A stretch of DNA of 35,611 bases from Thraustochytrium aureum (lineage: Eukaryota): the NCBI GenBank assembly GCA_012862495.1, contig BLSG01000298.1:62001-97611 (forward strand). The letters run 5' to 3'. This document shows positions 20,462 through 29,826 of this stretch, one piece after another. The translations under genes and the position numbers were made by a program. The notes under the pieces are model-generated. The model made no database searches and was not told the origin of the DNA. It worked only from the letters and a program-made list of their open reading frames with translations. The number at the start of each line of letters is the position of its first letter. The stretch's first letter is position 1.

Positions 20462-21823
20462 TCAGTCGTGCTGCATCTTGAAGGTCCTCCGCACCCCGAG
20501 CGGGTCGACGCCTTCGCGCAAGTATTTGCTTGTGTCGCGCAGTGGGACCGACCGAGCTGTCGACCGCTTGAAAGACTGCTTGGCGAGCCAGGTAGAGGCG
20601 CGGGCACCCAGCAAACGCGGAGCGCCTCCAGAGGACTGCGGCCCCGCCTGAGCTGCTGGCGGGCCAGAGTTCGTGGACCTCGCCATAGTCAAACTGGCGG
20701 CTCCGGGAGAAGTTGCAGCACGGTGCGCGCCATCGGCACATGAGCCCGGCTCTACAGCGCGAGTGCGCTTGCGCGTTGGCCCGAACATCTCATGCTTCCG
20801 CGGCTCGTGGCGTTCTGCAACGCGCTCCACGACGAGTTCGAGCCCGCCAAACCGCGGCGGGCCCTGGTCGTCAAGCTCGGTCAGCAGCCGCTGCACCTCT
20901 TGCTTGAGCGCCGCGTTCTTTTCGCGGAGCGCCTTGACCTTGTCGCGCGACTGCGCGAGCGCAAAGGCCGTGGCTTCTTTCTCCTTGGCGAGCTCGTCTT
21001 TCCTCCGCTTAAGCCGACGATGCTCGCGCTGCAGCACCTTGGTCGTCGTCTGGAGGTGCAGAGCTGTCCGGTGAAGGGAGGACGGGTCTGAGGGCAGCTC
21101 TCCTAGCAAGCCTTCGAACGGCGCGCTTTGTGACTCTGGGTCGTCCGCCCACTTGTGCACGGCGAAGATCGAGCTCGCCTGGGCCACGCGATCCTGCATC
21201 TCTGCGCACTCGAGCCTCGCAAGGTCAAGTTGCGCAACAGAATTGGCCAGCACCGCTTGGAGCGCTCGGGTGTCCTTTTGCGCCGTCTCCGCCTGCGCCT
21301 TGGAGGCAGCCGACTCCCGCTCGAGCTCCGCCGCCGCGGCCTCGGCGGCTTGCAATTGGCGGCGGGTGCTTGCGAGGTCCTCTGCTTTGGCCTTGGCGGC
21401 CGCGGCGTCTTCTTTTCTCTTGCGCATGAGCCACTTGCACAGCTTGACGATTTTGGCCGGCTCGTCTTTGTACGCTTCCAGTTGCGCGGCGGCGCCGACA
21501 CCGCGATTAGCGGCCTCGTCCACCTCGTCTACCACGACGCGCTCCACTTTCGGCCGCGCTGCCTCAAAGTTCAGGTAAAGAGGAAACACGTCGTCTTCGC
21601 AGAGCTCCTGGCGGCACTCGGGGCACGAGCCCTGGGAGCCCCGTCCTTGGACCCAGCGCAGGAGGCACTCGTAGTGGTACACGTGGCCGCAGTAGGACGT
21701 CCCCATACTGAGGCCTTGCACGTCGAGGTCCTCTGAGCAAATCACGCAAACTGGCATCTGCACGACCCGCTCCCCGGGCTCTGCGTCTCCATGGGCGGCC
21801 CCATGCGAGCCTCCACTAGACAT
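20462..21823 (-). CDS. TRAIP: RING-H2 E3 ubiquitin ligase, TRAF-interacting protein (TRAIP)-like
   Basis: N-terminal RING CVIC..CGHVYHYECLLRW..CPECR followed by FPLYLN, then a long coiled coil. The C-terminal YLREGVDPLGVRRTF resembles the TRAIP motif IRTGFDGLGGRTKF. The first ATG is at 21823. Confidence 0.82.
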   Translation of the reverse strand: MSSGGSHGAAHGDAEPGERVVQMPVCVICSEDLDVQGLSMGTSYCGHVYHYECLLRWVQGRGSQGSCPECRQELCEDDVFPLYLNFEAARPKVERVVVDEVDEAANRGVGAAAQLEAYKDEPAKIVKLCKWLMRKRKEDAAAAKAKAEDLASTRRQLQAAEAAAAELERESAASKAQAETAQKDTRALQAVLANSVAQLDLARLECAEMQDRVAQASSIFAVHKWADDPESQSAPFEGLLGELPSDPSSLHRTALHLQTTTKVLQREHRRLKRRKDELAKEKEATAFALAQSRDKVKALREKNAALKQEVQRLLTELDDQGPPRFGGLELVVERVAERHEPRKHEMFGPTRKRTRAVEPGSCADGAHRAATSPGAASLTMARSTNSGPPAAQAGPQSSGGAPRLLGARASTWLAKQSFKRSTARSVPLRDTSKYLREGVDPLGVRRTFKMQHD

Positions 21824-22791
21824 TCCTCTCGCGTGGGCGCCCTGCGTCGCGCGCAGGCTGCGCGACCCGCAACTCGCTTGACCAATCAAAATGGCGGCTC
21901 ACCAAACGAACGCTTGACTTTGAAAGTGCGGCGCGCGGCACACTATCGCGCGCCTGAGCGCCTCCCCACGCGAGCCACCCTGTGGCGCGCGCACCGCTTT
22001 CACCGCCCCACCCCCGGCCAGCTCCCGGGAGTGATAGAGGCCGGACGGGTTTCTTTCTGGCCANNNNNNNNNNNNNNNNNNNNNNNNNNNNNNNNNNNNN
22101 NNNNNNNNNNNNNNNNNNNNNNNNNNNNNNNNNNNNNNNNNNNNNNNNNNNNNNNNNNNNNNNNNNNNNNNNNNNNNNNNNNNNNNNNNNNNNNNNNNNN
22201 NNNNNNNNNNNNNNNNNNNNNNNNNNNNNNNNNNNNNNNNNNNNNNNNNNNNNNNNNNNNNNNNNNNNNNNNNNNNNNNNNNNNNNNNNNNNNNNNNNNN
22301 NNNNNNNNNNNNNNNNNNNNNNNNNNNNNNNNNNNNNNNNNNNNNNNNNNNNNNNNNNNNNNNNNNNNNNNNNNNNNNNNNNNNNNNNNNNNNNNNNNNN
22401 NNNNNNNNNNNNNNNNNNNNNNNNNNNNNNNNNNNNNNNNNNNNNNNNNNNNNNNNNNNNNNNNNNNNNNNNNNNNNNNNNNNNNNNNNNNNNNNNNNNN
22501 NNNNNNNNNNNNNNNNNNNNNNNNNNNNNNNNNNNNNNNNNNNNNNNNNNNNNNNNNNNNNNNNNNNNNNNNNNNNNNNNNNNNNNNNNNNNNNNNNNNN
22601 NNNNNNNNNNNNNNNNNNNNNNNNNNNNNNNNNNNNNNNNNNNNNNNNNNNNNNNNNNNNNNNNNNNNNNNNNNNNNNNNNNNNNNNNNNNNNNNNNNNN
22701 NNNNNNNNNNNNNNNNNNNNNNNNNNNNNNNNNNNNNNNNNNNNNNNNNNNNNNNNNNNNNNNNNNNNNNNNNNNNNNNNNNNNNNNNNNN

Positions 22792-23232
22792 TGTCNCCGT
22801 TTGGACGACAGTCCCAGCTGAGAGAGGCTCAGCGTCGAATAATGGCTTGGCTGCGCTTGCTGGGCGGCAGCGCCGCCCTGGGCTCGAGCTCCTTGTGGCA
22901 GTCGTCTCGCACGCATACCCTGCTGCGTGCAGCCATGATTTTTTGCCAAGCAGTTTGATCTTCAGCAGCAATTGCTCCCGGAGTCCAGCGTCGATAGCCT
23001 GGGCACGCCTGTCGCTGTACCCCGGGCCGGGCGGCTCCAGGATGCGCTTCACGGCTGTCCTGTATTGTGTGAACGAGAGGCCCTCAAAGTAGTTTTTCCT
23101 CAACCAAGCAAACAGCGCGGGGTCGGAGACAACTTTGTCCTGGTACCCCACAACGACGCCGTCCTCGTCACGAACTTGGCAAGCGTTCACCAGCCACTCG
23201 GCTTTGAGCCAGCCCCTCGGCAGCGGGGCCAT
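22792..23232 (-). CDS. Hypothetical protein, paralog A with the unrecognised LPRGWL..QYRTAVKR..EPPGPGY domain; 3'-partial (gap)
   Basis: The ATG at 23232 is preceded by an in-frame stop (23266-23268). Clear amino-acid similarity to the ORF starting at 25431. Confidence 0.75.
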
Positions 23233-23941
23233 CCCTGCGGCCGACCGCTCCCTCCGGTTGCCCGTTCAGCCGTGGCCAGATTCCCGCGCGCCAGTCGCGC
23301 GGTATACGCGCGCGCGTTGTACGACTTGTCGCGTTGCCTTTCCTTCGTGGAGCACCGCGTCGTCCCCGGCCGACCTGTCGGCGTCCACGGAAGCCGCCTG
23401 GCCAGCCAGCAAATCTGCCAGCCGCCTGCCGTGCCTGACTGGGGTCTGCGCTGCTCGCTTGAGCGCTCCAGCTCGAGCTAGAGAGCGAGCGCTCTGTGGA
23501 GCCCTGCCTGCGCTGCTCGTGGTTTTCCTCAGGCCGACGAGGGGCCTTCAAGGGAGCATCCGCTACGGGTTTGCTCATGAAGGAATGGCGTCTGCGTCGG
23601 TCAAGTGTCGTCGTTGGTTTTGGTGGTTTTTTTCCTTTTTCACTCTCGCCAGCCAATCGGTACTACATACATGCCTTGTAAACTACAGCGCATTGCAGAG
23701 GTGCGTGAGGTAGAGTAGGTAGTGGAGTACGTACTGCGTCTGGGGCGGAGGCGATGCACCCATCCCGCCATCACGAACATCATGATGCTCTGCTCTGTTG
23801 CTGTTGTTGCGCTGTCGTGAGGGGCGGCCGGTAGGTACTTGAGCGCCCTGCGCAGTCCATTTTCCAGTTTTGCGTTGGCTCTGTCAAGGTGTACCGAAGA
23901 ACACTTCCGCCATCCACCCGCGGGGCGGACATCGGTTGAGC

Positions 23942-24052
23942 GATGACTCTATCTCGATGCCGCCCACTGAGACTTGATGACTCGATCTCGATGCCGCCCA
24001 CTGAATCGATGACTCGATCTCGATGCCGCCCACTGAGACTTGATGACTCGAT
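23942..24052. repeat. 32-34-bp tandem repeat, about 3.3 copies (GATGACTCGATCTCGATGCCGCCCACTGA core)
   Basis: Units start at 23942, 23976, 24008 and 24042, immediately 3' of the paralog B stop. Confidence 0.93.
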
Positions 24053-24070
24053 GACCTTCGATGAGTCGTG

Positions 24071-25431
24071 TCACCTCGGAGGCAGCACGTTGCCCCAAAT
24101 GAGCAAGCAGCCCACGCGCGGCTCGAACCGAATGAAAAGATTCACGTGCACGAGCGGCGCACAAGGGTCATACGGGGCGAGAAAGAAGCTGTCCGCCTCC
24201 AACGTGGCGTACCCGTCGTGGTTGCCATGGAAGCGGAAGCCGTCGTACTCTTCATAACCCAAGGCGCGGAAAAAAAGCGCCTGAAGGAGACGAGCGAGCT
24301 GGTCGCGCGGCATCGCGCCCCACTGAACCTTGGAGCGGTCCGCGCCCAAGATGCGGACAAAGTCATCGTTGCAGTAGAGCCCGCCCGCCACGCTCCGCAT
24401 TCCGATGAAAAACATGTCTGTCCAACCGGTTTCCCTCTTGAGATCAGACGCAATCTCATGGAGCTTTCCGACGACCAACTCCCTGGCCACGGCGTCCTCC
24501 TGGGGCCTGGCTCTTGCGAGCAGGCCAACAAAGTTCTTCATTACCATGTCAGCCATCCTCAGCAGGTACGAATGGCTCTCCGACCCGACGATGCCGCCGC
24601 TGTTGAGCAAGCTGGAAGGGATTGCGCTGGACATGAAAAGCTGGCGGCTGAGCCACGGGAACGGGTTCCAGCCTGACGCTTCTGCAGTCGCGCCTCCGCC
24701 GCCACCTCCGCCGCCCTGCACTTCGGCGGTGGTACCTGGTTCTCCCTGCGAAGAGAGATAGTCAGGGGCCACAGGACAGACGCCGCAGTCCTCGACACTT
24801 CCATGGCTGCCCTCTGGGGCAAAGGGGATGAGAAGACTCGCTTCGCTGGCAGGCGAAAGGCCGACGCACGGTAAGTCCGCTTCAGAGCCCTCCGCGGCCT
24901 CCTGTTCAAGCGGCACTTGTCTGTATCCCGTGGAGCGCTCTGGTGGTAGGCTTTGACGTGGGCCTGTCGAGCTCCACTCACTGGGCCATCGTTCGCAAGG
25001 CTGACGCGAAGCGCTTTCGGCTTCTAATTTGTGCCTTGGACGCTTCGACGCGGTTGCGACGCGATCGGCAGACCGTTTCCGCTTCGCTTCCTTGCGAATG
25101 GCGTCCATTGCAATGTTGCAGCCCCAGGCTTCTTGCCGACTCGCGCGATCGCATGTCGCAGCACTTTCGTGAGCGCGGGCGGGAGCTCTTCGGAGCGCGC
25201 CGCGTACCCAGGGCCAGGCGGCTCAACCATGCGCTTCACTGCTGTCCGATACTGGCTCACAGTAAGCGTGGAAAAGTACTGCTCGCGGATGTGCAAGAAC
25301 AGCGACGGCGATTCAACAATGTTGTCAATGTAGAAGGTGTCCCCGCTTGCGCGAAACGCAGTGCACGCCTCGACGACCCAGTCGGTGCAGAGCCAACCCC
25401 TCGGGAGCGATACCCGTCGCGAGCCTTCCAT
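24071..25431 (-). CDS. Hypothetical protein, paralog B: same N-terminal domain, basic NLS-like stretch, low-complexity linker and possible PAS-like C-terminal domain; one frameshift near 25131
   Basis: ORFs 25024-25431 and 24071-25108 join with one added base to give VGKK-AW-GCNIAMDAIRKEAKRKR, matching paralog A LGKKSW. The C-terminal YCNDDFVRILG resembles the PAS Y-x-N-x-x-F-x-x-x-x-G motif. Confidence 0.7.
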
Positions 25432-26459
25432 CCTGGCCCAAGCCTTCAGCGCGGCCTTTCGCCTCCCCTTGCAAGGGCGTCAGGTGTTCGCTGGACGCAC
25501 AACTTGGCGCAGTCTGCTCGGATCCGTCGAGCCCTTCAGCACAGCCAAAGCCTCGCACCACAGCAGCACCGTTCGCAGCGATCGGGCCGCAGTTAGACCC
25601 GCGCTCGGCGGATTCGTGTCTCGAGGGCCTCGCAACTCCGCACCTCTGGGGCCGGCCACGCGAGCACCTGTGTGTTGACTGCCTGGAGTCTGGGCCCTGT
25701 GGCGCATCGCAAGACCCTCTATTTATATNNNNNNNNNNNNNNNNNNNNNNNNNNNNNNNNNNNNNNNNNNNNNNNNNNNNNNNNNNNNNNNNNNNNNNNN
25801 NNNNNNNNNNNNNNNNNNNNNNNNNNNNNNNNNNNNNNNNNNNNNNNNNNNNNNNNNNNNNNNNNNNNNNNNNNNNNTGCCATCATCATGCGTTTGGTTA
25901 GAGGGAGGAGCGTGCCGTCGCCTGCGCGTGGCGGAGGCTCGCCGTCGCATCGCGGCGCGGCGGAGCGGTGCGGCGCGCGCTTGTCGACGCAACTGTTGTC
26001 TCTAGAGACTAGCTACTCAACCCTGTAGACAGTATGTACGTCTACAGAGAGATGGAGCAACGAGACACCGAACCCTGGATGCGCTCGCGAAACGAAACGG
26101 GAGGCGCGGCCCAAAAGAAAAGCGAAAGGAACGACGGTGTCAGCCAAGGCAGCGCCAGCAGGGACGTCTCGCTGCGCCACGGAGGCGACCCGCTTTCTTT
26201 GATGGAATTCTCTTGCACACCGTCGAGACAAGCAACGTACACGGCGAGATGGTCTCGCACAATCCGAATTGATTAGGTACCTACCTGGCCAGTCCCTGAA
26301 CGGAGGTCGGTGGGTTGCCGCGGTAGGCCCGACGAACCTCCACTGCAGCAAGGTTGGTTGCCCCGGGTTGAGCGGGGACCTCGCGCAGTGATAATTTGTT
26401 TTGTCAGTGCCCTGGAACGGTACGCCAACGACGCTAAAACACGCCAAAGCTCGCTCTAG

Positions 26460-27290
26460 CTAGAGCTTGGAGTCCACCACGCGAAACGGCGGCGAGCACA
26501 GCTCGGCCGTTGTCGGCGAAGCAAATGGGAGTGCAATGTGAGCGAGCAGCGCCTTGTCCAAGTGCCGCTCGAATACTTGGTTCCTGTACGCCACCAGGCG
26601 GTCGCGACCTTTAAGCAGCGGCGCTGTCCGGTTGCGCACAAGGTTTGGCGCCGCAGCGGTGACTACGAAAGCGGGGTCCAGCGAGGGGCTCAGGACTTCG
26701 ATCGCAACGGCAGCACTGATGTCAGCGTACGAGAACGAGTCGCCAAGAACGTACGCGTGGCTCGCGAGGGCAGTCTCAAGGTCGTCGAGCACAGCCACCA
26801 CAGCCGCCTCCGTCCCCAGTTCGTTGTCGACCTTGCCGTACTTGCTTGCGAAGAACATTGTTGACAACGCGGCGACGCCAGACCGAACGAGCGGGATGCT
26901 GCTGATCGGCCACGGCGCCAGCTTGAGTCCAACGTTGTCGCCGCTTGTCGCGAGCCCGCCGCGGCTGAAGTGGAAGATCACCTCGAGCTTTTCATCCCAC
27001 GACTTGATCGCGGCCTCGTCAGCATCCTCGATCAAGCCCGAGCCCTTTGTTGCCCCCCGCACGATGTCCCACGAGCTGCACAGCGCATCTTGCTTGGGCC
27101 GAAAAAGCACAGGAACCGTGATGATGTCATCGCCAGAACGCCAGAGCCGAAACTGAAGGACGAGGCCCCCAACGCCAGGCACATGTTCGGTGAACTTGAG
27201 GCTCTCAAAAGAGCTCTGCTCTCGGGCCACGCTTAGCGCCCATGCTGTCTTGAACGACCACGGCGACGAGCGCAGGAAAACGAGCTCCAT
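26460..27290 (-). CDS. Glutathione S-transferase-like protein
   Basis: N-terminal SPWSFKTAWAL, cis-Pro loop TVPVL, LCSSWDI, and C-domain LDDLETALASHAYVLGDSFSYADI (N-capping SxAD). Intronless, 276 aa. Confidence 0.85.
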   Translation of the reverse strand: MELVFLRSSPWSFKTAWALSVAREQSSFESLKFTEHVPGVGGLVLQFRLWRSGDDIITVPVLFRPKQDALCSSWDIVRGATKGSGLIEDADEAAIKSWDEKLEVIFHFSRGGLATSGDNVGLKLAPWPISSIPLVRSGVAALSTMFFASKYGKVDNELGTEAAVVAVLDDLETALASHAYVLGDSFSYADISAAVAIEVLSPSLDPAFVVTAAAPNLVRNRTAPLLKGRDRLVAYRNQVFERHLDKALLAHIALPFASPTTAELCSPPFRVVDSKL

Positions 27291-27397
27291 CTCTGTGTAT
27301 CTTTGACAGAAATCAACCCCGTGCCGAGCACGTTCTGCCCTGGCCGTCTGTCGCGCTCTTGCCGATCAGCTTTCTCTCTTTTCGATGTGGAACTGCA

Positions 27398-27435
27398 GCA
27401 GCCAGACCACGCGCTGTTCCGCGTGGTCTGGCTGC
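27398..27435. repeat. Perfect 16-bp inverted repeat with 6-nt loop
   Basis: gcagccagaccacgcg-ctgttc-cgcgtggtctggctgc; the arms are exact reverse complements. Confidence 0.95.
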
Positions 27436-27844
27436 CCGCTCCGGCCTCGACGACCCTCGTGCCCCTTGGATTCAAGCGAGTGTCGCCAACGCCGCAAGCT
27501 GACGAATGCGCAACTACTTCCGAGGAGTTGCGAGAGAACTCAGCAGAGTCCACGTATACCCACTTGATTGATTGTGTAGTACAAGGGAGTACCTAGAGGA
27601 GTACATTCACATCCGCCCACACCGCCACGAAAGCGGTCGCAGAAAGCGGCGAAGCGGCGGACGTCAAGGTCATGGTCAGCCACTGTCCCACGCGCAGGAT
27701 CGGCGCCGTCAAGGTCGGTCGGAAATGGCTCAGAGGCTCGACGAACTCGCTCGTTGTTCTCTGCAGCGGCGGAACGCATTTGATAGACAGGCACTTCCTG
27801 CAGTGCGCCAGACACCAGACAGAGCGCTCGAGCCCGAGCTCGCG

Positions 27845-27921
27845 GCCAGCCCACGGCCAGCCAGCCAGCTTGCCTGCCAGCTTGCCTGCCAGCTTGCCAG
27901 GCTGCCAGGCTGCCAGCCTGC
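27845..27921. repeat. Imperfect (CAGC/CTGC)n repeat including a 12-bp unit CCAGCTTGCCTG, upstream of the helicase
   Basis: gccagccagccagcttgcctgccagcttgcctgccagcttgccaggctgccaggctgccagcctgc seen directly. Confidence 0.8.
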
Positions 27922-27963
27922 TTGCGTCCTTGCTCGCCCGGGAGAGCGGGCCCTGGCTCGAAA

Positions 27964-29826
27964 ATGTCGATCGCCACACGGATGCTCGGCAGAGTGGCGC
28001 TCGCTGTCGGGCGACGACGCGCCGGGGCTGGGGCTGGGCTGAGGCAAGCAACGGTGCCGCGGAGTTGGGCGGCCGGCTGGGGCGTGGCGCGCAGAGAGAT
28101 GGCGCTGGGGGCGGCTGGAGACGGAGGCAGCGCGGCCGAGAAGAGGGCCACGAAGAACGGGTTTGAGGAGCTTGGGCTCGGGCTGGACGCGTGCCAGGGG
28201 CTGGAATCAATTGGATTGAGCGAGCCGACGGAAGCGCAGAGGAGGTTCATCCCGGCCCTGCTGAAGAAAGCGCAGAGCGGGCTCTACGGGAAGGACACGG
28301 TTATGCGGGAGGGCCTGGTTCAGTTGGACGAGAAGTCCCGCAACTTTGTCCTGGCCTCGGAGACGGGATCCGGCAAGACGCTCGCCTTTCTCCTCCCAAT
28401 AATGGAACTGGTGCGACAGGAAGAGGCCCTGTTCGGGATGCAAACCAAACTCGGCCGGCCGCGCGCCCTGATTCTGGCGCCAACCCGCGAACTGGCGCTC
28501 CAGATCGGGAAAATCGCAAAGTCGCTGTCGCACCACATCCGGCTGCGCACGGCCTGCATCGTGGGCGGCACGCCTCCTAGCGCGGCGACCAAGCGCATCG
28601 CTAGCGGCCCAATCGACCTCCTGGTGTCCACGCCGGGCCGCGCGCTTGCGCTGCGGGACGCTGAGGAGCGAGTATTCTTCGGCTCGGTTCGCCACCTGGT
28701 CGTTGACGAGGCCGATGCCATGGTCGGCGCGCATGACGGTTTCCGGGACGAGATGGAGGCCCTCCTGCGGCCCATGGAGATGGGAGGCGAGCTCATCAAC
28801 CAGGTCTGGGTCGGCGCCACCATGCTCACAAGCAAGGAGCGCGCCGAGGCGCAGAAGCGCAAGGGCGCCTACGGGCGCGACTCGAGCGCCTCAAGCGCAA
28901 TGCAGTGGATTCGCGAGCGCGCTGCCAAGAAAAAGCAAGAGGTCTCAGTTGTGAAGACCGACACGGTCGGAAAACTTCCCAGCAACCTCAAATATCGGAT
29001 TGCTGTCGGCAGCGAGGAGAGCAAGCACCCCGCGCTGCTCAGCGTTGTGCGAGGCATCGCTGCCGAGCACTTTAGCAAAGCCGAGCGGCCTCCGGTGGCC
29101 CGCACGCTCGTGTTCTGCAACTCTGTCCCTAGCTGCCGCTCTACTGTGCACCTACTGGAGGAGGAAGCACTGCTGGACGACTTTGCTGTGTATTCGCTGA
29201 ACGGCTCTATGCCCCCGGTCCTGCGCGAGCGGCAGTGGGCCGCGTTCATGCGTGACGCAGATGCCGATGCATCTTTCAAGGGGTTTGGTACAGCCAGTGC
29301 AAGCCACAAGATCCTTGTCTGCACCGACATTGCTGCTCGTGGCCTCGACTTTGACAGGGCGATCGAGAACGTCGTCATGTTTGACTTGCCCGACTCGGTT
29401 TCGGACTTTATTCACCGAATCGGGCGGACCGCGCGCGGCGCTGATAGAGCTGCTCCCGGCTACGTCACTCTTGTCACCAAGGGTACAAAGCGCGACCGCC
29501 GCCTCGTCGACCTCTTGCTCTCCTCCATTCCGGGAAAAGATGGGGCCATTAGCACAACGGGCGATGGGGAGTCGGTTGCACGACTCGAAATGCCGCTCCC
29601 TTTCAAGCTTCATCGCCCCAACTTCAGGGCGATGCGCGGCCCAGACATTCCGCTACGCCACCGCAAGATCAAGCACGCGCCAAGGACCGCCAAGTTAGCG
29701 AAGAAGCGCGTTCTTCGCAGCGGGCAGCCGAGCAGCAGGTCACGCGACGACGAGGCCAGCTCGAGGGACAGCCGCCCCTCGCACAAGCTCTACTCATCGA
29801 CTCGTTCGCCCTCGCTTCTGGAGTAG
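27964..29826 (+). CDS. DEAD-box ATP-dependent RNA helicase, probably mitochondrial (DDX28/Mrh4/RH39-RH50-like)
   Basis: Q motif F..LGL..PTEAQ, ASETGSGKT, PTRELA, GG, TPGR, DEAD, motif III variant GAT, LVFCNS, CTDIAARGLD, HRIGRTAR. The Arg/Ala-rich, acid-poor N-terminus looks like a mitochondrial presequence. First ATG at 27964. Confidence 0.92.
   Translation: MSIATRMLGRVALAVGRRRAGAGAGLRQATVPRSWAAGWGVARREMALGAAGDGGSAAEKRATKNGFEELGLGLDACQGLESIGLSEPTEAQRRFIPALLKKAQSGLYGKDTVMREGLVQLDEKSRNFVLASETGSGKTLAFLLPIMELVRQEEALFGMQTKLGRPRALILAPTRELALQIGKIAKSLSHHIRLRTACIVGGTPPSAATKRIASGPIDLLVSTPGRALALRDAEERVFFGSVRHLVVDEADAMVGAHDGFRDEMEALLRPMEMGGELINQVWVGATMLTSKERAEAQKRKGAYGRDSSASSAMQWIRERAAKKKQEVSVVKTDTVGKLPSNLKYRIAVGSEESKHPALLSVVRGIAAEHFSKAERPPVARTLVFCNSVPSCRSTVHLLEEEALLDDFAVYSLNGSMPPVLRERQWAAFMRDADADASFKGFGTASASHKILVCTDIAARGLDFDRAIENVVMFDLPDSVSDFIHRIGRTARGADRAAPGYVTLVTKGTKRDRRLVDLLLSSIPGKDGAISTTGDGESVARLEMPLPFKLHRPNFRAMRGPDIPLRHRKIKHAPRTAKLAKKRVLRSGQPSSRSRDDEASSRDSRPSHKLYSSTRSPSLLE

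Noticed and set aside
6221..21823. POLE2, TRAIP and the RecA-like fragment as a DNA-replication gene cluster
   Set aside because: They are interspersed with unrelated genes in mixed orientation, and one assignment is weak; chance is a sufficient explanation.
21791..23092. ORFs of 433, 377 and 279 aa across the 22064-22791 gap
   Set aside because: Mostly X residues; the flanks show no protein-like features other than paralog A.
23942..24052. 29-bp conserved core repeats as a CRISPR array
   Set aside because: Intervening sequences are only 3-5 nt and recur; this is a simple tandem repeat.
26023..26047. 8-bp hairpin ctgtagac..gtctacag
   Set aside because: A short stem of this size is expected by chance in 35 kb.
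28810..28825. DEAD-box motif III reading GAT instead of SAT as a sign of inactivation
   Set aside because: All other motifs are intact, and motif III variants are known in organellar DEAD-box helicases.
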